Source: Nitrosopumilus sp.
GTDB lineage: Archaea; Thermoproteota; Nitrososphaeria; Nitrososphaerales; Nitrosopumilaceae
NCBI GenBank assembly: GCA_965238275.1
Contig: OZ250186.1
Span: 736,001-800,000 of the forward strand
Direction: 5' to 3'
Length of the DNA stretch: 64,000 bases
The stretch's first letter is position 1. Each line of letters opens with the position of its first letter. The position numbers were made by a program, and so were the translations under genes. Below the pieces are notes generated by a model. The model saw nothing but the letters and a program-made list of their open reading frames with translations, ran no database searches and had not been told where the DNA came from. Below, in pieces: positions 39,375-49,888 of the stretch.

Positions 39375-41483
39375 GTGGACGACGACGACGTAGAACCGAA
39401 GAGGAGCGGCATACTCAAATCCACCTCAAAGCGTGTAAGGATGATCTTCTCCGTCATGGCAAGTCCCAACCGGATCGATATTCTTCGAATCCTTAACTCC
39501 AAGGGCCCCCTGACTTACTCTGAACTAAAGTCGCTTGCCGGATTCAAATCAAAAAAAGAGAGCGGCAAGTTTGCATACCACCTGAGAAAATTGCTCCGGC
39601 AGTCACTTGTGGCACTCAACAAATCCGAAAGACGTTACACCATTACCAATCTGGGAAAGCTGGTGCTGAGCTTGGCACGGCAGATCGAGGAGAGATCCAT
39701 CATTGAGAGCGGAAAGATGTACGTCAGGACATCGCACAACTCGTTTGAGGAGTTTAATCCCTACAAGATAGTCCAGTCGCTGGTTCGCGAGGGGAACCTT
39801 CCACTGGAATTGGCTCAGAAGATTACCGAGGAGGTGGAGAACCGCATCTACAAGTATCAGACCACCTACCTTACAGGCTCGCTTATCCGAGAGCTGGTCA
39901 ACTCCGTCTTGCTTGAGCACGGCCATGAGGAGTACCGGGGCAGGCTTGCACGCATGGGCATACCGCTTTACGACATGAATGAAATGATCTCCAATCTGGA
40001 GGGAATGAACAACGGAGTAGAGGACCTCCAGTTTGCCATCAGCCAGAAGGTTCTTGCCGAGCAGCTTATCTCAAGCACACTGCCCAAGGATCTGGCAGAC
40101 TCGCACCTGTCCGGCGATCTGCACATTACCAATCCCGGAGCCTGGTCGCTGATTCCTGACACCATCTTTGTCAACATCAAGGAGATCTTTGAGGACGGGG
40201 TAAACCTTGGCGGCAAGTACCTTGACGTGCCCAGGGTTCCATCATCCGGGCAGCTTGGCAATCTTGCAATCTCGCTTTCAATCATGATATCCCTTCTCTC
40301 AAAAGAGGCGTCCCGGGAAGTAGTACTTGACGGACTGGTCGCGCTGTTTGCCAACCACAGCTCCGCCCCGGATCTCGAACAGAACATTACCAATGCGTTT
40401 GTGGCCGCATCCCCCACATCAAAACATAATGACCCAGGCACTGTAGTCTCAGTCAGACTTCAGCTGGGCTCTGACCCGGAGACGACTGCTGCCATAATCG
40501 GTGCATACAAGAACTATACAAGGATTACACCGACTCCAAAGATAGGTCTCATAATTGACTATGGCAAGGAGGCAGTCTCCGGCGTCTCCGGTCAGATATC
40601 TGAGATAATACTGCTCGGGGGACGGGTCAGTTTTATCAACGGACACATGTCAAGCTCTGGGCTGGCCACCGGCTCCAAAAGGAACCACGGACCGGTATCA
40701 GTGGCGCTCCAGTCCGTCTCGATCAATCTTCCGAGACTTGCATTCGAATCAAACAAGGACGAGACCTACTTTCGGGCAAGACTTGCGCTGCTGATGAAGC
40801 CGGCTCTTGCGGCAATGGCGCTAAGAAAGAAGGGCATTCTGGATCTTACCAGGAAGGGACTCCACCCAATTCTTGCACAGAACATCCAGTTTATGCAGAG
40901 GAATTCCGTATCCCTGATCATAAATCTGGTTGGACTCAAGGAGGCGGTATTTGGTATTCTGGGATACAAAAACGACAAGGAAGGCCGCGAGATCCTTCAA
41001 AAGGTAATTACGACTGCAGTGGACGTGGGCAACAAGAGCGGCAAGGATCTGGGCGATCCAGTCTTTGTATGCATGATTGATACTGACAGCTCGGCGCGTT
41101 TTGCAGGGCTGGACGGCGAAAAGTACGGCAAGAATTCAGTCATTGGCTCCCCGGAGGACAGCTCCTACTCCCAGGGAGTGACAATCAATGCATCTGAAAT
41201 CCACCAGTACACCGGCAGAAGCGAGCCGATATCCGAATCCAACAGGTTCTCAAGGTTCCTCAATGGGGGCGTGTCCATTACACTGCAGATTGACAGGGAT
41301 GCCGGGTACGAGACAGTCAAGGATTCCATAGAGAAGATGTCAGAGCTTGTCTCTCACTTTCGGCCCGTCAAGGACATCGTAATGTGCAACGAATGCGGCT
41401 TCAAGGATGAGCCGTTTGAGGACAGGTGCCCAAGATGCAATTCTCGTTACACCGCCTCAAACCAGAATGATTTCGGGGACTGA
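39375..41483 (+). CDS. ArsR-type HTH + ATP-cone + NrdD-like (class III RNR fold) protein
   Basis: SPNRIDILRIL..FAYHLRKL; VRTS..EEF..KI ATP cone; HLSGDLHI; SINLPRLA; terminal CxxC..CxxC. Confidence 0.8.
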   Translation: MDDDDVEPKRSGILKSTSKRVRMIFSVMASPNRIDILRILNSKGPLTYSELKSLAGFKSKKESGKFAYHLRKLLRQSLVALNKSERRYTITNLGKLVLSLARQIEERSIIESGKMYVRTSHNSFEEFNPYKIVQSLVREGNLPLELAQKITEEVENRIYKYQTTYLTGSLIRELVNSVLLEHGHEEYRGRLARMGIPLYDMNEMISNLEGMNNGVEDLQFAISQKVLAEQLISSTLPKDLADSHLSGDLHITNPGAWSLIPDTIFVNIKEIFEDGVNLGGKYLDVPRVPSSGQLGNLAISLSIMISLLSKEASREVVLDGLVALFANHSSAPDLEQNITNAFVAASPTSKHNDPGTVVSVRLQLGSDPETTAAIIGAYKNYTRITPTPKIGLIIDYGKEAVSGVSGQISEIILLGGRVSFINGHMSSSGLATGSKRNHGPVSVALQSVSINLPRLAFESNKDETYFRARLALLMKPALAAMALRKKGILDLTRKGLHPILAQNIQFMQRNSVSLIINLVGLKEAVFGILGYKNDKEGREILQKVITTAVDVGNKSGKDLGDPVFVCMIDTDSSARFAGLDGEKYGKNSVIGSPEDSSYSQGVTINASEIHQYTGRSEPISESNRFSRFLNGGVSITLQIDRDAGYETVKDSIEKMSELVSHFRPVKDIVMCNECGFKDEPFEDRCPRCNSRYTASNQNDFGD

Positions 41484-41857
41484 GGTATCATTAAAATTGG
41501 ATTGTTATGAGTTTAATGATAGTAGTACCATTCATATGGCATCTGCCGTCTATCATGGCATGATGGATAAATTTACATATAAACCTAAGGTATAATTATA
41601 CCCAATTCTCATATTATTTTTCATACCAATACGACAAAAGTTGGAACGGTGTACCCATAACCAATAATACCGTAAATTCGTGCCTAGATCCGACCCACTA
41701 TGCTGGCTGTGCCTTGACTAGGTTCATTAGAGTGTACAGTATATATCTGTGTCCAATAGTTATTCATGTACGTAATCATCTTTTTCTTAACTTAGTGTAT
41801 TATGTAAACACAATTAAAATTTATAACCATATAGATCCAAGGGCTTGTGATGTTTCG

Positions 41858-44509
41858 ATGAATAATTCTCAGATAGAGAATTCCATATCCCAAATCACGA
41901 AGCGAAGCGGGGCCGTTACTGTGTTCAACAAGAACAAGATCTCAAGTGCCATATACAAGGCACTGGCCGCTACCTCCAAGGCCGATCACAGTCTGGCCGA
42001 TCAGCTTGCAGACCGGGTTGTAGCCAAGCTGGCCGAACAGGGATTTACAAAGTCCCATACCCCGACAGTGGAACACATTCAGGATATTGTCGAGATGACA
42101 CTGATTGACAGCGGTCACAGTGACATAGCCAGGGCGTATATCGTATACAGACACGAGAGAAGAAAGCTCCGGGAGGAGAAGATGAAGGTTCTGAATCTGC
42201 GTGCGCTTGATCCGGTCTCAAAGAAGTTTGATCTGAACTGTCTGAGGGTGCTTGCATCAAGATACCTGATGAGAAACGACAGGAATGAGATTACCGAGTC
42301 CCCCACACAGATGTTTGAAAGGGTTGCAGTAGTGGTGGCAATAGGGGATCTCATGTATGACTCTGCCATATTTGACAAGACGGGGGGACATGTTCAGAAC
42401 ACGGACGAGGCCGTGTCATACCTTCAAAAACTGGACTCGTTTGACTACAAGTTCAAGATAGGGCAGTACTACCTCAACAAGTACCACTTTAGGTCACTGA
42501 TCAACTTGTATGTGGAACTTGGCAGACGGGGGCAGATGAGGATCAGTTTCAAGGCATTGTTGATGTTGCTGGTAGGCAAGAAGCTTGACAAGCACGCCGA
42601 TCGTGTTACAGAATACTTTGAACTTATGACATCGCAGGACTTTCTGCCAAACTCGCCTACGATGATGAATGCAGGAGGGAGGCTTGGACAGCTGTCTGCA
42701 TGCTTTGTTCTGGGAATGGATGACGGCATGGAGGAGATCATGAAGTCTACATCGGATGCGGCACTAATCTTCAAGTCCGGAGGCGGCGTCGGAATCAACT
42801 ATTCAAATCTACGGGAAGAAGGCGACATAGTGGCCTCGACTTCGGGAGTCGCATCAGGCCCTGTCTCATTCATGAACATAATCAATACCGTGACTGAGGT
42901 AGTCAAGCAGGGTGGAAAGAGACGTGGGGCCAACATGGGCATCATAGAGTCGTGGCACCCTGATGTAGAAAAATTCATCACCAACAAGACCGAACCCGGG
43001 GTACTGGAGAATTTTAATATCAGCGTTGGAATATGGGAGGATTTTTGGGATGCGCTGGTGAATACAAAGGACGGCAACTATGTCCTGCGCAGTCCCCGTG
43101 ACAAGACCCCCGTCAAGGAGATAAACGCACACCAGCTGACTGACCTGATTGCGCTGTCTGCATGGAAGAGCGCAGAGCCCGGACTCATATTCTTTGATCA
43201 AATCAACAAGTACAACGTATTTGCCAAGGCCAGGAAGGCCCCTCTGAGGGCAACCAATCCGTGCGGCGAGCAGAGCCTTTATCCGTACGAGTCGTGCAAT
43301 CTGGGATCCATCAACTTGGCAAACCTGGCCAACAGGCAGGCAGACGGATCCTACAAGTTTGACTGGCAGCGGTACGAGGAGATGATCAGAAAGACGACAA
43401 GATTCCTTGACAATATAATAGATGTCAACAACTATCCGATTGAAGAGATCAGCAAGGCGTCAATAGAGTCTCGAAGAATAGGACTTGGCGTAATGGGGGT
43501 AGCCGATCTTTTGTACAAGCTCCGCATCCCGTACAACTCCGAGGACGGCTACCGTATGCAGGCGAGGCTCTCTGAGGCCCTGACATACTATTCCATGGAG
43601 GAGAGTGTTGCACTTGCACGGTTCCGTGGCGAATTTCCTCTGTGTTCAAAGACAGAATACCCTGACGGAAAGATTTCCGTTGCCGGATACTATGAGAAGC
43701 CAAAGGAGCAGCACTCGTATGAGTGGGATGCCCTGATTGGGAAGATCAAGACGCACGGCATCCGAAACGTCCTGACTACCACCGTGGCACCCACGGGGAC
43801 ACTCTCCATGATTGCAGACTGTTCCAACGGAATGGAGCCTGCCTTTGCACTGGTCTTTGAAAAAAGGGTTACTGTTGGAAGATTCTTTTACACAAACAAG
43901 GTAGTTCAGGATGCACTCAAGGAGGCCGGGCTTTACAATGACCAGATTCTTGCCAAGATCGCAGACAACTACGGTTCCCTAAAGGGAATTCCAGAGATTC
44001 CCCAGTGGATGCAGGATACGTTCGTGACTGCCATGGACATACACTGGACTGATCATCTCATGGCACAGAGCGTATGGCAGGACTGGATTGGAAATGCCAT
44101 TGCCAAGACCATAAACATGCCGTATGATGTAACTGCTGAAGACGTAAAATCCGCATACCTGCTGGCCCATGAAATGGGCCTTAAGGGAATAACAGTATAC
44201 AGGGACGGCTCCAGACACACGCAGGTCCTTCACATGACAAGCCAGAATGCAGAAAAGACGTTTGAGGTCAGGCCCAGCAGGTTTGTTACCGAGTTTATAA
44301 AATCCAACATTACAAATCCGTACGTCAGATCCCATGCTACTGCAGCACTTGCGCTAAAGCCCCATGACAGTGAGATCAAGACCGAATCCCAAAAACCTGA
44401 GAATATACCCGAGGATCAACTGTGTCCCACGTGCAAGAACCGCCTTGCCTTCATGGAAGGCTGCAGCATCTGTATTGAATGTGGACACAGCGGCTGCACA
44501 TCTGGATGA
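41858..44509 (+). CDS. nrdJ: Adenosylcobalamin-dependent class II ribonucleotide reductase with ATP cone
   Basis: PNSPTMMNAG, SACFV, TNPCGEQ, APTGT, YRDGSR, C-terminal Cys ribbon. Confidence 0.95.
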   Translation: MNNSQIENSISQITKRSGAVTVFNKNKISSAIYKALAATSKADHSLADQLADRVVAKLAEQGFTKSHTPTVEHIQDIVEMTLIDSGHSDIARAYIVYRHERRKLREEKMKVLNLRALDPVSKKFDLNCLRVLASRYLMRNDRNEITESPTQMFERVAVVVAIGDLMYDSAIFDKTGGHVQNTDEAVSYLQKLDSFDYKFKIGQYYLNKYHFRSLINLYVELGRRGQMRISFKALLMLLVGKKLDKHADRVTEYFELMTSQDFLPNSPTMMNAGGRLGQLSACFVLGMDDGMEEIMKSTSDAALIFKSGGGVGINYSNLREEGDIVASTSGVASGPVSFMNIINTVTEVVKQGGKRRGANMGIIESWHPDVEKFITNKTEPGVLENFNISVGIWEDFWDALVNTKDGNYVLRSPRDKTPVKEINAHQLTDLIALSAWKSAEPGLIFFDQINKYNVFAKARKAPLRATNPCGEQSLYPYESCNLGSINLANLANRQADGSYKFDWQRYEEMIRKTTRFLDNIIDVNNYPIEEISKASIESRRIGLGVMGVADLLYKLRIPYNSEDGYRMQARLSEALTYYSMEESVALARFRGEFPLCSKTEYPDGKISVAGYYEKPKEQHSYEWDALIGKIKTHGIRNVLTTTVAPTGTLSMIADCSNGMEPAFALVFEKRVTVGRFFYTNKVVQDALKEAGLYNDQILAKIADNYGSLKGIPEIPQWMQDTFVTAMDIHWTDHLMAQSVWQDWIGNAIAKTINMPYDVTAEDVKSAYLLAHEMGLKGITVYRDGSRHTQVLHMTSQNAEKTFEVRPSRFVTEFIKSNITNPYVRSHATAALALKPHDSEIKTESQKPENIPEDQLCPTCKNRLAFMEGCSICIECGHSGCTSG

Positions 44510-44829
44510 TCAAATCCTGCAAGGCTGCCGTGCCAAAACAGTAAATCTACACCGTGATCAGACCCACGCATATGTCATAAGGTTTTCAGACACGGATGCG
44601 GCATCCGGCGGGGCATGTTTAAGACACATACCGTTGCCGATGATTAATCATGATCAGGTATCAGCACTTTTTTTAGTGGCACGGATTCCCAAAAGTATGA
44701 TGGGATTCCTGGTATCTAAAACACGTGGAGTGATATTGAAAAAACCGGTTCACGATTTAAATCATGGTTTTGTTTGTTTGAATAAGATAGAATTTCTCCC
44801 CATTTACAGGTATTTCCAGGTGGCAGGCG

Positions 44830-44972
44830 ACTCCGTTCTTGGCGCCGGCGGGTTTGTTATTGAACGGCTGGATCGCCATGTCTGCAGTTCCGGACTTGTA
44901 GATGTGGATGGAACTGCCAAGCCTGCCTGGAACGAGTTCAAGAATCAGATAGAGATGATCAGTACAGGATGA
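44830..44972 (+). pseudogene. Probable 3' remnant of a lost gene ending at the nep1 start
   Basis: FVIERLDRHVCSSGLVDVDGTAKPAWNEFKNQIEMISTG stop overlaps the nep1 ATG; upstream sequence does not look coding. Confidence 0.4.
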
Positions 44973-45696
44973 TCTCGCTGGTTCTGGCCGAATCGTCTCT
45001 GGAGCTGGTACCTGCGGAAATTTGGTCCCACCCGTCAGTAGTCCGGCATGCCAAGAGGCTTGGCAGGATGCCGTCTGAGATACTGCTGGACAACTCGTGG
45101 CATTTTGCTGCAATGAGGGAGATCGACTGCCAGATCAAGCGGGGACGGCCGGACCTAGTCCACTTTTCAATACTTGAGGCAGTCACAACTCCGCTGTACC
45201 TGCGGGATCATCTGAGGCTGTACGTCCACACCATTAACGACAAGGTGATACGGTTTGGATCCGGCGTCCGCGTACCAAAGTCATACCACCGCTTTGAGGG
45301 CACGGACTTGTAGATGTGGATGGAACTGCCAAGCCTGCCTGGAACGAGTTCAAGAATCAGATAGAGGGACTGGGATCGTCTCTGGAGCAGATTGCAGCAG
45401 ACGGCCGCATGCTGCTTGAGCTTGCAGACGTGACCCTGCCGGCACTGCTTGAACAGATCAATCCTGCAACAACGATAGGGCTGTCCACCAAGGGAATACC
45501 CTCTACATACGAGGGCATTGCAGCAGGGATTCCGGACGACGCCTGCATTGTGATCGGGGGGTTCCAAAAGGGGCATTTTTCTGATTCGGTTCGGAGCCTG
45601 CTTGATGCAGTATACTCCGTAGGCGACATGCCTCTTGAGGGCCATGTGGTGACTGCCAGAATGCTCTATGAGTATGAAAAGACCATTTTTATTTAG
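44969..45696 (+). pseudogene. nep1: Nep1/Emg1 16S rRNA pseudouridine methyltransferase interrupted by a 68-nt insert
   Basis: LAESSLEL, RGRPDLVH, RVPKSYHRF, IGGFQKGHF; stop at 45313 lies inside the duplicated insert. Confidence 0.82.
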
Positions 45697-45718
45697 GCCT
45701 CTGAATCCGCATACTGTC

Positions 45719-45792
45719 GCAGTCATAGTATAGCCTGGTTAGTATTCGGGGTTTCCAACCCTGCCACGCGGGTTCGAATCCCGCTGACTGCA
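45719..45792 (+). tRNA. tRNA-Gly (TCC)
   Basis: Acceptor GCAGTCA/TGACTGC, anticodon loop TT-TCC-AA, GGTTCGAATCC T-arm. Confidence 0.92.
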
Positions 45793-45862
45793 CTCTTATG
45801 ATGCCATACGGATGCCTGCACACGGCACAAACCAATTTTTAGGCGCATCCCGGAGCAGTATC

Positions 45863-46165
45863 GTGAAGCCTGCAGTCCGGAGTGTGGCAATGGAGAGGAT
45901 GGAGATTCTTGTCAGAACCGCAATCTCCAATGCAAGATCGGATCCCGGCCTTGCCCGACGCCAAGCAATGCTGGCACGCAGAATCAGTACCCGGCACAGG
46001 ATACGAATGCCATACCACCTCCGGATGGCATTCTGCAAAAAATGCAAGTCGTTTATCGCACCGGGAATTGACTCCCGTATCAGAGTGGGACGATCCCCTG
46101 TCAAGTCGATCAGGATTTCCTGCCTGCTGTGCGGGCATACATACCGTAAAATTATATCTCAATGA
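45863..46165 (+). CDS. rnp4: RNase P protein component 4 (Rpp21)
   Basis: ERMEIL, FCKKC..PG, CLLCG. Confidence 0.88.
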   Translation: MKPAVRSVAMERMEILVRTAISNARSDPGLARRQAMLARRISTRHRIRMPYHLRMAFCKKCKSFIAPGIDSRIRVGRSPVKSIRISCLLCGHTYRKIISQ

Positions 46166-46196
46166 TTTATAAGACGATTCACGATTTTCTGTCTTC

Positions 46197-46649
46197 ATGG
46201 CAAAGGTCTATGACGTACCTGCAGACGTATTGATTGAACAGATGGCAGAGATTCTAAAGGGCGAGGACATTCCCGCCCCGTCATGGATTCCGTTTGTCAA
46301 GACCGGGGCACATGCAGACAAGCCCCCGCAGAACAGGGAGTGGTGGCATACAAGATGTGCCTCCATACTAAGGAAGATCTACCTGAACGGTCCTGTTGGC
46401 ATTAACAAATTACGAAACAACTATGGCGGCGGCAGGCCGTCAGGGTACGGCGCTGCACATCACAAGGATGCCGGGGGAGCGATCATCCGCAACGCCGTTC
46501 ACGGGCTGGAGAAGCTGGGCTATGTCGAGAAGGTTGGCAAGAAGGGCAGGATGGTTTCCAGAAACGGCATGCAGAAACTTGACAGGCTTTCAACTGAGAT
46601 TCTTAACGGAATGATTGCCCAGAACCCCCAACTAAAGGTGTACTCCTAG
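46197..46649 (+). CDS. rps19e: 30S ribosomal protein S19e
   Basis: VYDVPA, FVKTG, WWHTRCASILRKIY. Confidence 0.96.
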   Translation: MAKVYDVPADVLIEQMAEILKGEDIPAPSWIPFVKTGAHADKPPQNREWWHTRCASILRKIYLNGPVGINKLRNNYGGGRPSGYGAAHHKDAGGAIIRNAVHGLEKLGYVEKVGKKGRMVSRNGMQKLDRLSTEILNGMIAQNPQLKVYS

Positions 46650-46656
46650 ATTCGCA

Positions 46657-46929
46657 ATGAGCTTTCCTGAACCCAACGAACAACCCCTGAACAATGAGGC
46701 AGCCGCCCAAAAGGAACAGATTCTCAAGCAGATCCTCTCCCCGGAGGCCAGGATGAGGCTGGGTAACATTAAGATGGTAAGGCCGGAGATGTCCAACCTT
46801 GTAGAGCAGTATCTCATTGGGATGGCAACCAAGGGGCAGATTCACGGGCAGCTCACAGATGCCCAGCTCAAGCAGATCCTGCTCTCCATCCAGCAACCCA
46901 AACGCGACTTTAAGATAAACCGCGTCTAG
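46657..46929 (+). CDS. PDCD5-like dsDNA-binding protein
   Basis: ILSPEARMRL..VEQYLI; usual neighbour of rps19e. Confidence 0.9.
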   Translation: MSFPEPNEQPLNNEAAAQKEQILKQILSPEARMRLGNIKMVRPEMSNLVEQYLIGMATKGQIHGQLTDAQLKQILLSIQQPKRDFKINRV

Positions 46930-47097
46930 TGGCGTCGGGAATTCCCACAGGTGTTGCGTGTGGCGCATTGCCTGGTTCACTCCGTTGCTACGTGCCAGGA
47001 TAACCCTGTGCAGGACAGAACCCTTTGAAAGTCATGCACGAATTGCCAATGTGGCCCACTGATAAAATATAATTATGGGTAGATATCCGCTTTAGAC

Positions 47098-48177
47098 ATG
47101 AAGGCAGTTGTGTACAGCGAATATGCGCCGGATGACGACTATGCCCGTATACTCAAGGTTCAGGACATTGACGACCCAAAACCAAAGCCCAACGAAGTGG
47201 TCTTTAAGGTAAAGTCGACAGCCCTTAACTATAACGACATCTGGGGCATGAGGGGCCAGCCGGTTCCTGTACCGCTGCCACATGTTTCAGGCTCTGATGC
47301 AGCCGGTGACGTTGTTGCAGTAGGCGAGGATGTAAGGAACATCAATGTGGGAGACAGGGTAGTGTCCCACTCCAACATGTCATGCAGGGTCTGCAAGGCG
47401 TGTACCGACGGAAGAGAGTTTGACTGCATCAACAGGACAATCTGGGGATTCCAGACTGGTCCCAACTGGGGAGCCTATCAGGAACTGACCCACCTGCCGG
47501 AGGTCAACGTTTCAAAGATTCCCGAAGAGGTATCCTATGACAATGCGGCTGCCGCGTCAATGACACTACTTACATCATGGCACATGCTTGTGGGAAGGGC
47601 AAGGATCACGCCCGGACAGACCGTCCTGATTATGGGAGGCGGTTCCGGGGTAGGAAGCTTTGGCATTCAGATTGCCAAGCTGTACAACTGTGATGTGATA
47701 GCAACTGCCAGTCCGGACAAGCTTGACAAGTGCCTTGAACTTGGTGCAGACTATGCAGTCGATCACAGAAAGGACGACTGGCACAAGGAGGTTCGGGCAA
47801 TCACAAAAGGCATTGCAAAGAAAAAGGGAGAGGCACCTGGAATCGATATCTCCTTTGATCACATAGGCCAGACCCACTGGAACAAGCAGCTTACCCTGCT
47901 CAAATACGGTGCAACGCTTGTCTCATGCGGAGCCACCACCGGATATGACGCCAAGACGGATCTTAGACATGTCTTCTTCAAGGGCACCAACATTCTGGGG
48001 TCCACACAGGGCACCAAGGCCGAACTGGATCAGGGACTCTACTGGATGGGCCAGGGCAAGATAAAATCTGCAATAGATTCCGTATACTCTTTTGAACAGG
48101 CAGCAGAGGCGCACACAAAGATGCTGACAGGAAAGGGCCTGTTTGGCAAAATCTTAATGAAGCCCGAAGGCGCCTAA
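47098..48177 (+). CDS. Zinc-binding MDR-family oxidoreductase
   Basis: GSDAAG, structural Zn CxxCxxC..C, GGSGVG. Confidence 0.9.
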   Translation: MKAVVYSEYAPDDDYARILKVQDIDDPKPKPNEVVFKVKSTALNYNDIWGMRGQPVPVPLPHVSGSDAAGDVVAVGEDVRNINVGDRVVSHSNMSCRVCKACTDGREFDCINRTIWGFQTGPNWGAYQELTHLPEVNVSKIPEEVSYDNAAAASMTLLTSWHMLVGRARITPGQTVLIMGGGSGVGSFGIQIAKLYNCDVIATASPDKLDKCLELGADYAVDHRKDDWHKEVRAITKGIAKKKGEAPGIDISFDHIGQTHWNKQLTLLKYGATLVSCGATTGYDAKTDLRHVFFKGTNILGSTQGTKAELDQGLYWMGQGKIKSAIDSVYSFEQAAEAHTKMLTGKGLFGKILMKPEGA

Positions 48178-48184
48178 CCACTCC

Positions 48185-49042
48185 ATGACGCAGCTCTTTC
48201 GCAGTCTCATATTTGTTCCCGGAAACAATCCAAGGTTTCTGGAAAAGGCAAAATCACTCCAGGCAGACATCGTGTGTCTTGATCTGGAGGACTCTGTCCC
48301 GGATGCAGAGAAGGCAGGAGCGCGAGGGCTGATAAGGAATGCCCTTGAATCACACAACTCGTACAAATCCACCCTGTTTGTCCGGACAAACTCTCCGGCA
48401 TCAGGGCTGGTCCGGGCTGATCTTGAGGAGACAGTCAGGGAAGGACTGGGCGGGATCGTGGTGCCAAAGGTCGATGATGCAAAGGCCTTGGAGGACATAA
48501 CAGGGATCCTGTCCGGGCTTGAGGAGGCAAGGGGGATTGAACCGATTCGGATACTCCCCTCAATAGAGTCGGCCAAGGGCGTGGTCAACACGTACCAGAT
48601 AGCATCCTTTGGGCCAAGGGTGCCTGCAGTGGTCTTTGGCGTCTTTGACCTGCTCAATGATCTGGGAGTAGAATACGCCAAGGACGTGCCCGGCATTGCA
48701 TACTCCCGGGCAAAGATTCCAGTGGATGCGCGCGCTGCAGGCGTTGCCGCAATTGATGCAATATGGCAGGATCTTCGGGATTCAAAGGGGCTTGAGGACG
48801 ACTGCCAGGCAGGCAAGAGCCTTGGGTACTCTGGAAAAAGCATAATACATCCGGATCAGATTGAGACTGTCCACAGGCTGTTCTACCCGAACCCGTACGA
48901 GATCATGTGGGCCCGGAAGGTCTGCGGGGCATACCTTGAATCGGCAAGGGGCGGGACAGGCGCCACCACAGTCGACGGCAGAATGATAGACGAGGTCCAC
49001 TTCAAGCAGGCAAGGGCGCTTCTTGATCTTGTAGGGGAATGA
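48185..49042 (+). CDS. CitE/citryl-CoA lyase-like CoA ester lyase
   Basis: RSLIFVPG, DLEDSV, PKV, GKSIIHPDQ, GRMID. Confidence 0.92.
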   Translation: MTQLFRSLIFVPGNNPRFLEKAKSLQADIVCLDLEDSVPDAEKAGARGLIRNALESHNSYKSTLFVRTNSPASGLVRADLEETVREGLGGIVVPKVDDAKALEDITGILSGLEEARGIEPIRILPSIESAKGVVNTYQIASFGPRVPAVVFGVFDLLNDLGVEYAKDVPGIAYSRAKIPVDARAAGVAAIDAIWQDLRDSKGLEDDCQAGKSLGYSGKSIIHPDQIETVHRLFYPNPYEIMWARKVCGAYLESARGGTGATTVDGRMIDEVHFKQARALLDLVGE

Positions 49043-49105
49043 ACAATCACCCAAAACGGCTCTCTCCAGATAGGTTAAAGACTGCCAACTGTCCACACAT
49101 GTGTA

Positions 49106-49810
49106 ATGGCCAACCTGCTTGATCCCACAAACGTGATTACCCGCATGTTCAACGCACAGAGATACGACGAGATGTACAGCTACTGCAAGGACCTGCTTGA
49201 AAAGACGCCTGACGAGATGGTGGCCCTGCAGAACATCTCCCTTGCCCTTGTCCATCTGAAGAGGTATCCGGAGGCCATAGAATACTGCGACAGGGTTTTG
49301 AAGATAAAGGATTCGGACATGTATGCGCAAAAGAACAAGATCTACTCCCTGGAATGCCTGCACAGGAATGCAGAGGTTCTTGAGATCTGCAACAAAATCC
49401 TCCGAACCGCCTCCGCTGACACCTGGATACTCAACAGCATGGGCCTCTCCCTCAACGAACTGGACCGGCATTCTGAGGCCATTTCATGCTATGATCGCTG
49501 CCTTGCAATCAACCCCGATGATGTCACTGCCCTGATGAACAAGGCCATATCCCTGAGCCACCTTGGCCGGTACCGGGAGGCACTTGGGTTCTATGATACA
49601 GCACAGAGGATTGATCCGAGCATTGCAGTGATCCCGCCTGCCAAGTCGCGCCTGTTTGAGAAGCTGGGAATGACAGACGAGGCATTCCTGGCAGCACAGG
49701 GGGTGCTGAACCGGGACATGGAGAGGATCGCAGCAGATGCAAAGAGGAACAAGTGCACCGTATTCCACCAGTTCTGCGAGAACGAGTTTGCAGAGATTGA
49801 CTCCAAATGA
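49106..49810 (+). CDS. Tetratricopeptide repeat protein
   Basis: Repeated EAI.CYDR.L TPR patterns. Confidence 0.85.
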   Translation: MANLLDPTNVITRMFNAQRYDEMYSYCKDLLEKTPDEMVALQNISLALVHLKRYPEAIEYCDRVLKIKDSDMYAQKNKIYSLECLHRNAEVLEICNKILRTASADTWILNSMGLSLNELDRHSEAISCYDRCLAINPDDVTALMNKAISLSHLGRYREALGFYDTAQRIDPSIAVIPPAKSRLFEKLGMTDEAFLAAQGVLNRDMERIAADAKRNKCTVFHQFCENEFAEIDSK

Positions 49811-49888
49811 CTGCGTCTAATCATCGTATGACGTGAAAGAAGATTCGACTTGTGATCTCATAAACAATTCCGTGTGAGAATCAAATGA

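Noticed and set aside
41484-41857. Cobalamin riboswitch before nrdJ
   Set aside because: AT-rich, no B12-box-like sequence seen.
11620-44509. Inteins in atpA or nrdJ, both common intein hosts
   Set aside because: Lengths are normal and no intein splice or LAGLIDADG motifs were seen.
45719-45792. tRNA-Gly as an integration site
   Set aside because: No duplicated tRNA 3' end or integrase seen in the window; flanks are core genes.
46930-47095. Possible riboswitch or ncRNA upstream of the MDR oxidoreductase
   Set aside because: No recognisable SAM, FMN, TPP, cobalamin or fluoride consensus by eye; would need an Infernal/Rfam scan.
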